Of a DNA stretch of 64,000 bases, positions 48,430-61,956 are shown piece after piece (positions within the stretch are counted from its first letter, which is position 1; each line of letters begins with the position of its first letter). The DNA comes from Macrostomum lignano (taxonomy: Eukaryota). The notes beneath the pieces are model-generated. The model had not been told where the DNA came from. It was given only the letters and a program-made list of their open reading frames with translations, and searched no databases. The translations under genes and the position numbers were made by a program. Where the stretch lies: NCBI GenBank assembly GCA_002269645.1, contig NIVC01001035.1, positions 214,434 to 278,433 of the forward strand. The letters are read 5' to 3'.

Positions 48430-48760
48430 GGGGGTTGTAGCCTCAGGAGGTTGTAGCCTCAGGGGGTTGTAGCCCAGTGGTCAGAGCGTCGGACCCACGA
48501 CTGAAAGGTCGGGGGTTCGATTCTCGACCCACTCGGAACAATTGTGACTTTGAGCAAGACACAGCCAACTCTGCATTGCTTCAGTTCACCCAGCTGTAAA
48601 ATGGGTGCCAGCATTAGCCGGGGTAATTCGGGGTGCGTGCGGAGACCCCACAGTCCTTGGACTGAACAGCCGTACGCAGCCTTCAGATCCGCCGCGCAAA
48701 AAATAGCTGCGGCCGAGCTGTCGGTTGCACATCTGGGGCAGGCGTAATCAGTTATTATTA
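48430..48760 (+). mobile_element. tRNA-derived SINE with triplicated 5' end
   Basis: ggttgtagcctcagg occurs twice before ggttgtagcccagtgg; B-box GGTTCGATTC; family body and TAT tail. Confidence 0.85.
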
Positions 48761-49212
48761 TTTAATGTAAAAACATATTGGCTAATTGATTCTAAGAAAT
48801 GCGGTTTATTAAAGCTATTAGGCAGAATAACTTTGGCTATTGGTAGTGTCCAAAGTTAACAGGTTGTAATTAGACTGTGTTTTATTGAAATGTTCAAACG
48901 CGTGAATGCTAAGTTTACCAAATATTTCCTTGTTGAACCTTCGTTAAGCATAAAAAATTGACAAGTGAATTTTGGACTTAGACTGACCTGTCCAAACTTT
49001 TACTTCAGCCCCTTTTAGTTCAGAATATTTGTGTTCGTCACTGCATGCACTGCTTTATTTCGGCCTGCTTATTTTTCTTTGTTAACTGTATTTTACACTA
49101 CTGACAATTGTATCTTCATAGTAGTATGTTTTCTTTGTATATGTAACAATTTACTAATATTAAATAAAAATAGATTACCTCTTGCGCCAAATTTGGTCGG
49201 ATGTGCAAACAC

Positions 49213-49451
49213 GGACAGCTCAGCCACAGCTATTGCGTACGGCTGTTCAGTCCAAGGACTGGGGGTCGCCACACACCCTCAATTACCCCAGCTAATGCTG
49301 GCACCCATTTTACAGCTGGGTGAACTGAAGCAATGCAGAATTAAGTGCCTTGCTGAAGGACACAAATTGTTCCAGTGGAATCGGGAATCCGGGAACCCCC
49401 GAAATTCAAGTCGTGACTTCGACCCTCTGACCACCAGTAGGCTGCAACCCC
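49213..49451 (-). mobile_element. tRNA-derived SINE (reverse orientation)
   Basis: Reverse complement of the family body and head. Confidence 0.8.
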
Positions 49452-49658
49452 TGGTAAAAGAATGCAAAATTGATAATTCAACGGTAGAAACTTAAATAGT
49501 CAATTTCTTGTTCTGGTATATTTTTCTGTTGATAAAATTTGTCATTGATAAATATCTTTCATGGCGACACTGAATCATTTTCACCTTCTAAAATGATAGA
49601 ATCTAGCAGTTCACATGCAATTTCGACTTCACTCGCCATTGTCTTTGTTCGGCTGGCT

Positions 49659-50245
49659 TCACTTGCCGTACTGAACGTAGGGCCCGTACTTGTTGAGCAG
49701 CCAGTTGTACTTTTGAAGGTCGCTGGAGCTCGGCTGCAGGGATCGAGCTTCGCTTGGACTGGAGTCCTCATTGACCAGCTTGTCGATCAGGCTCTGCAGG
49801 TCGCCTTTGTCGCCTTTGCTCTGAAGTATAAGAAGTAAAGCTTGCATTCTTATAGCATTTTCAAGTAATTAGTTTCCATGGGCTTTAGCAAGAAGCATCC
49901 GCAGGCACACGGAGAGGCATACCCTGAATTGGGAGAATTAGGCAAGCGACAGGGCAATTTCTGTGCAAAAGTACCAAATGGCCTCGCTCGAAATCGAACT
50001 TGGGTACTTCGGCGCGATTAGACCCAGAAGCGTAATTAAGTACAGAGCTGCTTTGCTCAATAAAATATCCCATGAAGAAATGCATGCTACTGAAAGTAGA
50101 CCAAGTGAAACATATCAATTACATTGCACAAAGAACTTACGGATCTGGGTAGGGCGTCTGCTCTGCCAGCAGACAGCAGGCAGACTGTGAAGGTGCAGAT
50201 GCTGAACAGCAGAAGCATTTCAGCAACTGTTCCTTTGAGATGCAT
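49659..50245 (-). CDS. Small secreted neuropeptide precursor (88 aa), NPY/NPF-like helix motif, C-terminal amidation signal
   Basis: Exons 50245-50141 (MHLKGTVAEMLLLFSICTFTVCLLSAGRADALPRS|GTAAGT) and 49820-49659 (cttcag|SKGD...SDLQKYNWLLNKYGPYVQYGK*), phase 0. Signal-peptide-like N-terminus; ends in GK-stop. Confidence 0.7.
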
Positions 50246-51557
50246 TTTCCAATATTTGCGTTGCTAGCAGTTGGTCCAACACACACGCGAGTCTTGCCGA
50301 GATTCTAGCACTAACTGCAGTGTATATATAGTGTTCGCATTCCCCACTGCCGCGCCATGATTTGCAAGGCAGCCAGGATGACAGCTTGACAATTCGTATC
50401 CGACATTTCCCGATGGCGCACTCATCCGTCCTGTTTTAAAATTAAGCTACTACGACGGCGACTCGCCGTGTCATAAGGCGAACATTTGCCTACGGAGTCG
50501 CCTCTTTGACATCTGTCTGACACATCTAATGCTCTGTCAACATACGCCTAAGAAAACTAAGCCCACTTAATTATAGGTTGCAGGCCACACGGCGCTTTTG
50601 TATTCAAATAAAATGCCAACAATAATTCTGTAGAATCTGCGGCATGCCATTTAGATAGTCTTATGCTGTCTGCCCACCTCTACTCAAGTATCTAGGAATT
50701 ATGCTAGAAGCATTATACATGGGCGTGGTCGCACATATTCGATTTAGGGCATATTGATATTCACCGCAACTCTTCATGCAGTATCCTGTTTCAGCCAGTT
50801 TTTGTCTTTCGTTTTCTAGCATCTTAATACCTATGGCTTTGTCATTATCCTTTCTTGCTTTGCTAAGCCGGCTGAGCATAGTGTCGTGATCCCCTTGGGG
50901 AGTTCAGCACAAAGCAGCATCAAAGCATGCCGTGTCTCCAGCTAAGATTAATTTCCACCCTCAGTCATGTTGCACTTGCTTGAGAGGCAGCGAGGGAAAA
51001 CAAGGACGGAAGGAGACGCAAATACAGATTTGGGATCAGGAAGTGGGGCAAAATGTGGACAGAGACAAGCATCTAAAAACATTTTTAGAAAATTAGCTTG
51101 CGTCGATTCTAAGCCTAAAATATCAAAAGGATGGCAGCCTTTATCCAACGTCCCGCTGGGGTCTATTTTGAGTGGGCTGTGCGTCACAATTTAAAATATA
51201 GCCTACAGTATTGAAATAGATAGATAGATAGATAGATAGATACTCGTAGAAAGGTAGATAGATAGATAGATAGATGGATAGTAGATGGCGAGAAAGAGCG
51301 AGCGAAGCGAGCTCTTTCGAGCTTGCTTGCCGCAGCCAATCAAGCTGAAAGCACGCACACAAGATCACCGAAAACGATTAAGGCAGTTGGAAAGCCAATG
51401 GGCGCGGTAAGCGCTTTTATCCAGAGGAACTACCTGCTGGAACCAGCCATGCCGAACGAAAATCAGACTACTCAAGTAGTGCAAAAGAGTGCAAGCAACT
51501 ACCGAGAAATCTAATTTTCTAATTAGAAATTTTCTAATTTTCTAATTTTCTAATCTA

Positions 51558-52040
<483 letters not shown>

Positions 52041-53095
52041 ATATTATTATATTCATAAACGTAGGTGCACTATTAACCAGCTAACATTTATTATTGCGAC
52101 AAAGTGGGGAACAACACTGAGGAAAAAGAAACTCAAAGCATCTTGCCATAACGCATGAATACTTGCTCGCATGGATGCATCTCATCTTCAGAGACATCGA
52201 TTATCGACCGCCATTCTGCTGCAAGCCTGAGTGTGAGACACTTCTGCAGCACTCTTAAGTAAAAGCCGCAGGTGTGCGAGACTCCACTTGAGCCAGGAAT
52301 TCTGCTCTGCTCTTTGCAGAAGAAATAAGGTGTGAGAAATTCCTTTTGTCGCAGTTGCTGTTGCTGCTGCTGGCTTCGGTCGATGTATCCAGTCTGTCTG
52401 TTTTGAGCAGCCCCTTAAGGATACTCAACCAACAGCTTGTGACTGTCTGAAGAAAACTCTAGTGTCTGAAAATCGTGCAGTTCACTTGGGTGCTTTCATT
52501 TGCACTTGTGACTAACTTGCTGGGATGCTACCAGTAGGAGCAACCATCCACCCAATGATTTACGGCAGGGCCAACAGTCTACCAAGGCGTGATTTCCCGC
52601 TTACGGCCCCCGTTGCTTTGCCCCAGTTAAAGACTGCTTAAAACTGATTGAAAAAACTACGGCTCGTAAAAGCGAAATCTGCAGGATGTACGCTTACACG
52701 TGTATATTTTTTGTACTTTTTGCAGAAAATACATGCAAAATCAAATTAGTGACGCGATAGACTAAGCTAGTAGGCTACGCTCGTAGTTGACTGATCCGTG
52801 GCACTGGGTTTTCGTCCTTCAAATCTTTAAAATTTGATTCAAAATCAATAACATCAAGTGAGCCTTGCTTAATAATAATTGGTGCAACGAGGTGCGAGCA
52901 AGGGCTACTAGCTATTGGTTCATCATAAGGTGCAGCTGCAACTGTTCAAGTTCAAGAAGTTCAAGAAAGTTTCTTGCAACAAAGCAAATAGAGCAACTAC
53001 CGCAGTACAGTAATCGGCAGTCGACGAATTCTTCCCCCGATGACGTCATCAAGGACCACTTCTAGTTAACAGTAACTTCGTGTGGTCCTTGAACG

Positions 53096-55995
53096 TCATC
53101 TTCCCAATCGACGGAAGATTTTGTAGGCCAGGATGAAAATTCCGGCAACAACTACGACAATAACAGCGATGGCGAGGAATGCCACGATGAATGGCGACAG
53201 TAGGGCCACGGCTATTATTAGTAGCAGAACAATGCCGACTGAAAAGAGAGGGAGCAATAAATCCGGTTGACAATGAGTCATAAATCATGGTAATGAGTGT
53301 ACCAGATGATTTACGATTGATCTTCGACTAAAAAATCCACCTAGACTCAGTGAAAACTCTCACGCAGTCGAAGGCCTCGCATTGTGCGCCTGAGCGCGGG
53401 TCGGTCCCTCTGGTAGATGTAGCGGCATCCGAACACGCTTAGCGCGTCAGTGTGACCGCCAAAGATTGACTCGACGTGCTGTTGAGACATCAGCAAGTAG
53501 CAGCTCAACTCCGGCGACCAGCTCTCGCCGCAGCGATAGCAGAAGACGTGCGAGCACTCGAGACAGCGGCTGCAGAACTCTTCTTGCTGGTGCTGCGCCG
53601 GTTGTAGCTGCTGTTGCTGCTGCTGTTGCTGCTGCTGGTGATGCAGATCGAGGCCCAGCGGCAGTGGAACCAGGGCGGAACATCGGGGACACTGTCGGGA
53701 TCGGGACAGCTGCAGTCCACTGACCGGATCGGTGACCATCTCGGTGGTCATTTCCTCTAACCGGCGTTTCACAATCGGGCAGTGCAGGCCCACGTGTGAC
53801 CGGGTGCCGCACAGGTAGCAGAAAACAACCTGGCACAGATCGCAGCGAGTTTCCCAATCGTAGGGAGTTCGGCGCACTGACGTCTCAGGCAGGGCAACGA
53901 AGTAGCGACAAGACGGGCCGGGGCAGGGCCGAGCTAGCGGCACTGAACGATTGAACTCTTCCCAGAAGCGAAACTGTCGACAGAGTCGAGCGTTCCGGGA
54001 ACGCTGGGCAGCTGCCTCGGCGAGGTCCAGGGGAACGCAGTCACCAGCGTGGTGTGGTGCTCTGCAGGCGTAACAGAATTCGTAACCGCAGCGCGAGCAG
54101 ATGACGTGGTTGCAGCCGGAGTCCTTCTCAATCAGGACGCAGCATCGGGGCAGCGTTGAGCTCGTCGTAGAATCTGCCCGTTCTCCGAATAGGTTACATT
54201 GCACCACTGCGCCAGCAGCTGGTCCTGGCTGCGCCGGAAGTTGGCGCAGCTGCGGTCTGCGTGGAGCGGAGCGTGACAGTCGAAACACCAGGCCTGTGGA
54301 TTTGGTAATTGTGTGTTTGTAAATGAAGATGGTGAGCATATGTTGTTGCACATGCAGGAAAGTATTCTAACCAAATTGGTTTTATTGTTGGTCGTGCAAC
54401 GGCTTGGTGAGTCTAATGCACTCCAGAGCTGGTATACAAGGTCAATGCAGTTACCTGAAAGCAACGCTGGCAGGCAACTGTGCAGGCAACTGTGGAGACA
54501 TCGTCAGTGTCTTCACCGCTAGGATTTGGTTCCGACTCGGCACCAGTAGTTGGCTGCTGTTGAAGGGCCCCCATCGGGGGCTGCGTCTGCTGCGAAGGCG
54601 TTGGTGGTGGTCGAGGCGTCAGGAGGCCGCAGTGTGGGCAGGTCCGGCTGTCCGAGCCCACCGCCTGGTCTGCCAGCCGACGATCAAGCAGCGTCAGCAG
54701 CTGCCGGTTAAAAATCGGACCATTGTCGCCATAGTAACCACTGCAGCAGTTGGCCAACAGAAAGCGCAGCTGAGCAACGCTGAAAACGGCCTCGGCAGGG
54801 CAGAGCGGACACGGCGGCGGCTGCGGCCGGCCCTCCAGCAGGCGCGAGCGAGCATGGTCAGCGAGGCATGCAAGGCAGACCGCTGGCGGCAGCAAGGAGT
54901 CAAAGCCAGTAGTCGTCCGGGCTCCAGACAGACTCGATCGCAGGTACCGATGGCCAGGACTCCCAGTCCCTCTGGCAGAGACAGTCGGGCTGTCAACTCA
55001 TCAGCGAGAGCTGTTGTCCACAACGACAGCCAGCAGTCGACATCGTTCAGTGCAGCGCGCAGGCACAGATGAAAGATTCGGCCGCTGCCAGCACGGTCAC
55101 TGCCGTCGGTTTCAGCGTCGTTTCCAATGTCATCGGAATTGACATCCGCTTGAATGGCTGCCTTGAGGACAGCCAGACGGTCTCGCTGGCCAGCCGTGTC
55201 GGCCACAGCGGAGACACACAGCAGATCTATGAGCAATCCGGACTCGAAACCGGCGAACCGACGATTTTGGCGGTGCCGCAGGCGATGAAGCTGTCGCCAG
55301 CAGAGGCGACGGGACCAGGCGGTGAACCTCTGAGCCGCTTCTGCGGCTGCCGCTGCTGTTACTGCAGCTTCTGTGTCGTCGTTATCCGCAGCAGTGTCAG
55401 CATAGAACCGACTGCCTAAAGATAAAATGTTGGACTGCATTCGTTTGGTTGGAAAAATATTTTTATGATAGCTTGAGAAGCGTCTGAAAAATGCACTATT
55501 AAACTTTGTGACGGTTGGTAAGGTAACCAAGCACAGAACTCGTTGTGAGTCTATTGACGACCCGGCATCATGCTGTACAGGACACGCTTCATAGACCAAC
55601 CCAAGAAGTTTAAACTTAAATAATTCACTGAGCATACCTAGCAGAGCCCGAACGATCCGCCACGGGCCCATCGATCCGGAGATTGACAGGCTGCTGTTGT
55701 CAGCGTCACTTAACTCTTCCGCGTCGTCCTGCACGTCTGCCAAATCACCTGGCATGTGTTTCTGGTAGTCGCCCAGCTGCCCATCATCAGCTTGGCTGTC
55801 TTTGGCGGGGCGATCGCGCTTCTCCCCGTCGTCATCGTCATCGTTGCCAGTACTTTCCGCGTCGGAAGCGGCCGACGATGCATCGCTGGCCTCCATGGCG
55901 ATGTTGACGTGACCGCAGCCTCCGGAAGGCCCGACCGACTTCGGGCCGCTCAGCTGCTGCAGCCGGCCCTTCAAAGCTGTCTGAAGTTGCTCCAT
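53096..55995 (-). CDS. RBR (RING-IBR-RING) E3 ubiquitin ligase, RNF217-like, with extra IBR-RING2 and C-terminal TM anchor; two 1-nt frameshifts
   Basis: RING1 (CDRVC..CC..VCLAC..CPLC), IBR (CPHC..CQRC|AWCFDCHAPLH), RING2 (CP(R)CCVLIEKDSGCNHVICSRCGYEFCYAC), a second IBR and RING2-like module, then HTDALSVFGCRYIY.RDRP..RRTMRG as in RNF217, and a TM exon 53238-53096. Introns 54294-54454, 53239-53363 and probably 55416-55637. Frameshifts near 54880 and 54148; start uncertain. Confidence 0.75.
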
Positions 55996-57479
55996 CCGCG
56001 ATTCTTCAACCAGAATTTGAGAGTGAATCGGGGACTCTCAAGCTGGGCTGGCAATGGATTCGAACCTAGTTTTACCTGCCTTGCTTTTTCACATCCGTGA
56101 TGTCTCGTCCAACTGGGGTGGAATTGAAGAGGACTTCGATTTCTCTCCCATACCCAGATAATCCCTAATCCTGCAGCGCTTCTCGCGTCTGGCCTCGAGG
56201 GGGAAGCGAAACTCGCTTTTTGGGTGGGTTGAGATGAGGCTGGGCGGGGAGGCTGGGCCAGAGCCGAGTCGTGAGGAGGCGCGGGGACGAATGAGGTTAA
56301 CGCGGCGACTCCGGTTTGGGAAAAGCGGGACGGAGGTAAGAGGAGACGAGATTGAGCGAGGAAGTGAGACAGAGAAACTGCAGCGGGGAAGAGCGGGAGA
56401 GTGTGGAGAGGAAACAAGTATTAGGAAGACGGAGGACCGACCGGCCACCCGCCTCACTGCTTCATTCCTTGTGACATCCTGCTTCCAGACCAGCGGATCC
56501 GGGACGAAGGTGGGTTACTTTTCAGAGCGATTCGGGAGAGTCTGTCTCCTGCGGGAAAGTGAGCTGGATCTTGGAATAAATATGGCCAGTTAATATACAA
56601 GAAATGGCTGCTCCATGCTGGTGCAGCTTTTTGAATTGCATGTAGTTTAAAAGTTAAAATCTTAGACAAAGCGGAAAAATATATATTTTAAGGCAGTTTA
56701 TTAGTTTAAACAATGATGCACAACGATGCTTAATAGCGATGCTATAAACATTTAATTTGTACTATCAGTAGAGTGCAATGCATTATTCGACAGCTCATTA
56801 CGAGAATTACTTAACAAGCAAAGTAGGGGTGCATTCAAAGACCAGTTTTGCTGCATTGAGATTTGAAAAGACGCGCGTTGTCTACAGACAAGCAGCTTCA
56901 GCAGCAATGTTTCTTGGCGTGCTTGCAGCCACTGGGTGGAAGCTGGACTTTCGTGCGTTGAGCAACTCGGGACCAGTCAAGCAGTGGGCCATTCCGACCA
57001 CCGAACTGCTGCTTTTTCGACCGACATCCACTCTCAGCTTCTAACTGGTCGCTGGAAATTCGCAATTTTATTCTACTGTATTAAGCATAAGTTTCTATAC
57101 TATGTGGTAGATTAATTTCGCTTCTCACCAGCTACTCGTAAAGCCAGAGTCAACCGAGTCAACAGCTCCCGACGAAGTTGTTGTTGTTACACTTTTGCGA
57201 CGCTGTCGACCTTGCGGTGTCTGTTGCTGCTTGGCGTACTGTTGACGATGCTGCCCGTGAAGGTCCGCGAGCACAAGCTGGATGAGTGCGCGCCATCGGG
57301 AAGAGCTGAGCTGGAGGAGCACCTGCGGAGAAAAATGGGAAGTAGATGTAAAATTAAAAGTCCCTAGTTCTGTTTCATTGAGAAGTTCGTCAGCTCATCC
57401 TCTACTACGATTGCTACGCTCGTATCATTTATATTCAGAAACGGATCTTGTGGATCTTTTAGCTTTGGTTTTTGCTTAC

Positions 57480-58098
57480 CTCGCTGATAAATTTTGCGGT
57501 TTAACAGAAGGTCGCTGGCTGCGAGCTCGTTTGTCATCTCCACACTTCACTGAAGCCTCCTTGTGGATCGTCCGATCGTCACCATTGTGACTGGTAGAAG
57601 TTTCAATGGAAAGTCCACGACGTCGAAAATACTGGGCCACCCGACAAGGCAACTCGGCTTCGGCGTTTGTCGCTCCGGCCGCTGCTGCAGTCTCGGCTGA
57701 AGCAAGTCGTCGCCTTTGCTTTGCAACCCGACGGCGGAACCTGGCGTTGCTCGGTGCTCCCAAGTGGACTGTCCGCTGCTGCTGTTGAAGTAATAGAGCA
57801 CCCAGCCTGGCTCCGGGTCCGCCGTTTTACCAACCTCGTCAACTGGTAAAAGCAGTTGAACAGCCTGCCAGCCTGGAGGCAGAGGGGATGTCAGTCCAGC
57901 AAGGGCCAGGCTTCTCAACTCGGGCTCCTGGTCAAGATCGATGCCCAACTCGTGTAGAGCATAAAGCCTCAGCTCGGATTCGGTTGGCGGCGTGCAGTTT
58001 TCCGATGGAATTTCTTCCAGAAGTATCTGACGAATTCGATGTCTTCGGCAGCTGATCTCGCCGATCGAAGACTTTTGCTGACTGACATTCTTGTCCAT
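57480..58098 (-). CDS. CEP164-like N-terminal WW-domain exon (1-nt frameshift near 57753)
   Basis: LEE..PTESELRLYA..LGID...EPEL..LA..GL..PLPPGWQ...YYFN...GQSTWEH(P) resembles the CEP164 N-terminus from memory. Restoring one C gives WEHPSNARFRRRV. Donor AG|GTAAGC at 57479. Confidence 0.65.
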
Positions 58099-59140
58099 TC
58101 GTCTGCTGTCGCGTTTGCGCTCGTTAGATCGTAGCTTTCATTTGCCCCTGCAATTTGAGTGGGTGGGCTCGAGTATTTATGCAGATTTGGGCTAAAAATA
58201 GCTCAGGGTGTGTTGAGGACTTTTTGGTATTTGCCTACTAGTTTTTGAATAGCAGAATAGAATCTCTAATAAACGTATCTTAAAATATTTGTGACCCGCA
58301 TACTCATAACTCTTAACCCTCCTAATAACAAAAGTCTCCGTACCTAATACCTGGATGACGAACCGTCATCGTGCTGAATCTATGGTTAAAGACCGTGATG
58401 GAGTTATTATTTCTAGGTAGAGACTGATCCTATGGCTCAACCAGTGAGTCGAGAACGCACTTCAGCACTGATTCGGTATTTATTTTGGAATCTCTGATCG
58501 CTTCGAATACGCATCTGCGGCTAACGCGCACAACTTGTCTTTTGCTTGTCTTTGAAAGCCTTTGCAGGCAGATAGCAAGCAGTAAAATTATTGTCAACAA
58601 GAGTAAAAGTGCACCGCGGCTGTTTAAAATACGAGTATTGCAATTTGGAGTTTTTATAAGTAAGGCTAATGTAGCTAGTATTAATAAGTATACATAACAA
58701 TTTTTGTCCAGCTGCAGTCTTTCGTCCAGTGGAGACATAAGCGAGCTCACTCAGAGCGACAGACTGTCTAGAACGTGTAAGGTCATTCTTCATAAAGCAG
58801 CTTGCTGTGTTCTACTCTTTTTTTAGCGAATTGTCAATCTACTCAAATCTTGAGCTTTGACAGATGGTGCATTTTGCCAGGTAATTGGGTGGTTGTTTTC
58901 GCTTGTTTCACAGCCGCGGGTTTCACAGAGCCACTCTTCTTTAAATAAGCAGTGAATAAGTTACTACTAAATATTCAAGTGAGTAGTAAAGTATGAGTAG
59001 TCTTTTTGATAGCATAGCAAAAGGGCCCAATTTTGTTACTTATCAATATTGAAGTGCAGAAGGTGTGCTAAAATTTGTTATCCAAATATACTATTATATA
59101 TTGCTTATGTATTTAGAATGAATTATGTATTTAGAATGAA

Positions 59141-59720
59141 CCATTCGAGTGTACAACTGCAAATTCAGCGCGAAGAAACGCTCTCAGGTAGTCCAAGGAG
59201 TGTCTCTACCGAGTTGGCAAGGCCAGTTACAACCCGCTGACCAACAACTGTGAGCACTTCGTTCTAGGCGTGATCAGCGGGGAGAGTCAGCTACCAGACT
59301 CGCTGGTAGTTCAGGTGCCCAGGGGTATCCTTGGCAGCGCTCTGACTGGGTTCAGCGCTCATCGACGGAGTCGGCATCGAGCTGTCTAGCTAAGGCTTTA
59401 CGACCACAGGTGAGAGTAGTGAAGGATACATCCGCTAAAGCAAAACATCAAGTCTAAGCCTTGTATTTTTCAGATTTCTAGGCCAGATTTGTACCGATAT
59501 GGATCTCATTGAAATTACCGTGTCTGGGGGGGGGTTGAACTTAAAGAGTGCCGCGACTGGACTTCACCTGCACCAGAGAGTTCGCGGGTTGGAGTCGGTT
59601 TTCGATGTATTCTTGTTGAAGTGCGCCAGCTGCGGCAAGAGTCCTGATGTGCAATTCCTGCGGGATGTCACGTCTCCGAAGGAGGAGTTTCGGAGAGCAT
59701 CTGCGACTGCTCGCACGCAA
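59141..59720 (+). pseudogene. 5'-truncated, frameshifted LRAT-UBR pseudogene (copy 12; closest to copy 4)
   Basis: IRVYNCKFSAKKRSQV, YNPLTNNCEHFV, the same phase-2 intron (59410-59473), then FLGQICTDMDLIEITVSGGGLNL and an out-of-frame CTREF. Confidence 0.85.
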
Positions 59721-61956
59721 TGAAGGCTCCGGTGTTACCGGCCTCAGAAACTCGCATCGACGGATGACGCGAGTTGAGCGAGTAGGGAGAAACTTTGAGC
59801 AATTCCCGCATTATTAAAAATCGAATTTTAAGAGAATTTGGACCCATATAAGCCTTACAACAGTAGTTCATGGATTGTTTTTCATTCAATACTTTTCAAC
59901 ACTTGGCTCTTTTGCTTTAAAATTGTCATTGAACCGTTTTTAAACTCCAGTTTTGATTTAACTTCGATTTCCATTGTAAAGATTATGAAATTACTGAATA
60001 CAAATATGCTGAGAAATGGTCTCTGCAAATGCAAGTCCATATTGAGTTATTTTCCGCAGTTGAATACTATGGGGGATCCTGGATGAACTCAACTTTGGAA
60101 GCTTGACCGGGTGAAACCAGTGCATCTTGCAAAGTCCCGTACAGTAAGACTCAAGCAGAGGCCCTGAAGATAAAAAAGCGTTGACAAATTGCTCTAAAAT
60201 AGGGAATGTAGCGCGAGGACAAGGGTTTTCAACTTCTATTGACGACGAGTCTCTTGATCACCTGCTCGCTACCGTCTTTATATAGGATTTTATTTAAGCA
60301 TTTGATTATTCTAGGGTCCAAACTTATGCATTTAACTTGCTCCGTATGGTGGTACACTAAGTATAGGACGCTTTTATTACGAGCGTAGAAATTTACTGTA
60401 TTTGATTACCGTATATTGTTGTTTATGACACAGGGTTGCTTCTAACCATAAAAATATATAGAATATATTTATGAAATAGTTATAATAAACCTACACCTCA
60501 TCTCATTCAGTGAATAGCAGTAAATGAAGGGATATTTTCACGCGATGCCCCACAGCATCCGATGAAGCAGATCGACAGCTTCAGTTGCATTCATAAAAAT
60601 CTCGTTTCGGATTGAACCGAAACAGCTACGATGCCAACAGCCTCCAGACTATCGCTTGATGCAGTTACAAGTATGTGTACAGCTGTCCTGATCATTCCAC
60701 AGCTTCATACGGCAGAATTCTCAGCTTCCAGTTTCCACAGACGATGTCAGCTAGTCAACTTTGTCTTTTAAAATTAAAACCGAATAATTAAGAATACTGA
60801 ATTCCTGAATAGAAGTCAATTGCTAATACGTCTGTGAGTGATGAGCAGATATTGTAACTCCACGTGCGAGATATGAGCAGATATTGTAGTTTAATCTGCG
60901 AGATATGAGCAGATATTGTACGCGTCGGTACAAATTAATTTCACCCGACTTCCGTCAGGTCACGGCCCCCCCAACTACTCAGGCAAAGTTGCTGTCGACA
61001 GCGACCTTCCAGTCTCGCAGTTGAGATGCTGCTGCCACAGCTTGCTGAGCGCTTGCTGAGCAAATATAGGACCCCGTCAAGTGCATCGAATCAAAGAAAC
61101 GAACACAAAAACAAGAATTAAATTTGATTTTTTCGAGCTTTTTAACGCACAACAGTAAAAACTTTGAAACACAATGAGAAAGTTTATATCGAATGTATTT
61201 TACGTCGTCGCGAAAGTAGGTAAAAATTAGGGGGAACAAAGAAGGTCAGAGCTCGCATTGACACAGCTGGAAACAGGTCTTGTAAGACAGGCGACTAACA
61301 GGCTAAAAGTTATGTAACAACAAGTATACGCACAAGGAACATTGCTATATAGCATTTTGCAGCCTATTTGGGCTTAAGACAGAAGCATTTAACTTGGTCC
61401 ATAGCGGCTGTGAAAGCCAACTCGTGAGTGATAGCTGTGTGATGCAATATATTTGAGCAGATTTCACTGTACTGATAAGGTGACGTCAATAAAATGCCAT
61501 CTACTCAACTGTAACAAAAAATTCAAAAAGAGAATTTTAGTGACCAAATCAAATACCAGCCAATTGCTACCATAGACAAAAGCTCCTTGACTTTAGCAAA
61601 ACATACGGGCAACTATCATACCTGCCGAAATTTTGTCTGTGGTCGAAAGTCCACACGTGTCTGCAATCAGCTTTGACTCCGCTTGTCACTGGCCTTCACC
61701 CAGGCGGAGCTTCTGGACCTTCAACAGGTAGCAACAGATTGCCTCAAGTTCTACTGTTAATTTCAATGCGTTTAAAGCCCAAATAGGCTGCAAAAAGCTA
61801 TTATTATGAAAACTAATCAAAAAGTCAAAACAAGAGAAAAAGAGAAAAGCAACAAAGAAGAAATCAGATTTGCACATAGACAGTTGGTTAAGCATCGAGA
61901 AGAGCCGCCTTAAGCTTACTCAGCCAGGTTAAATCTTATTTATCTTTGCCGGCTCC

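Noticed and set aside
50661-50879. Short minus-strand ORF, possibly a transposon protein remnant
   Set aside because: No motif I can recognise and no termini found.
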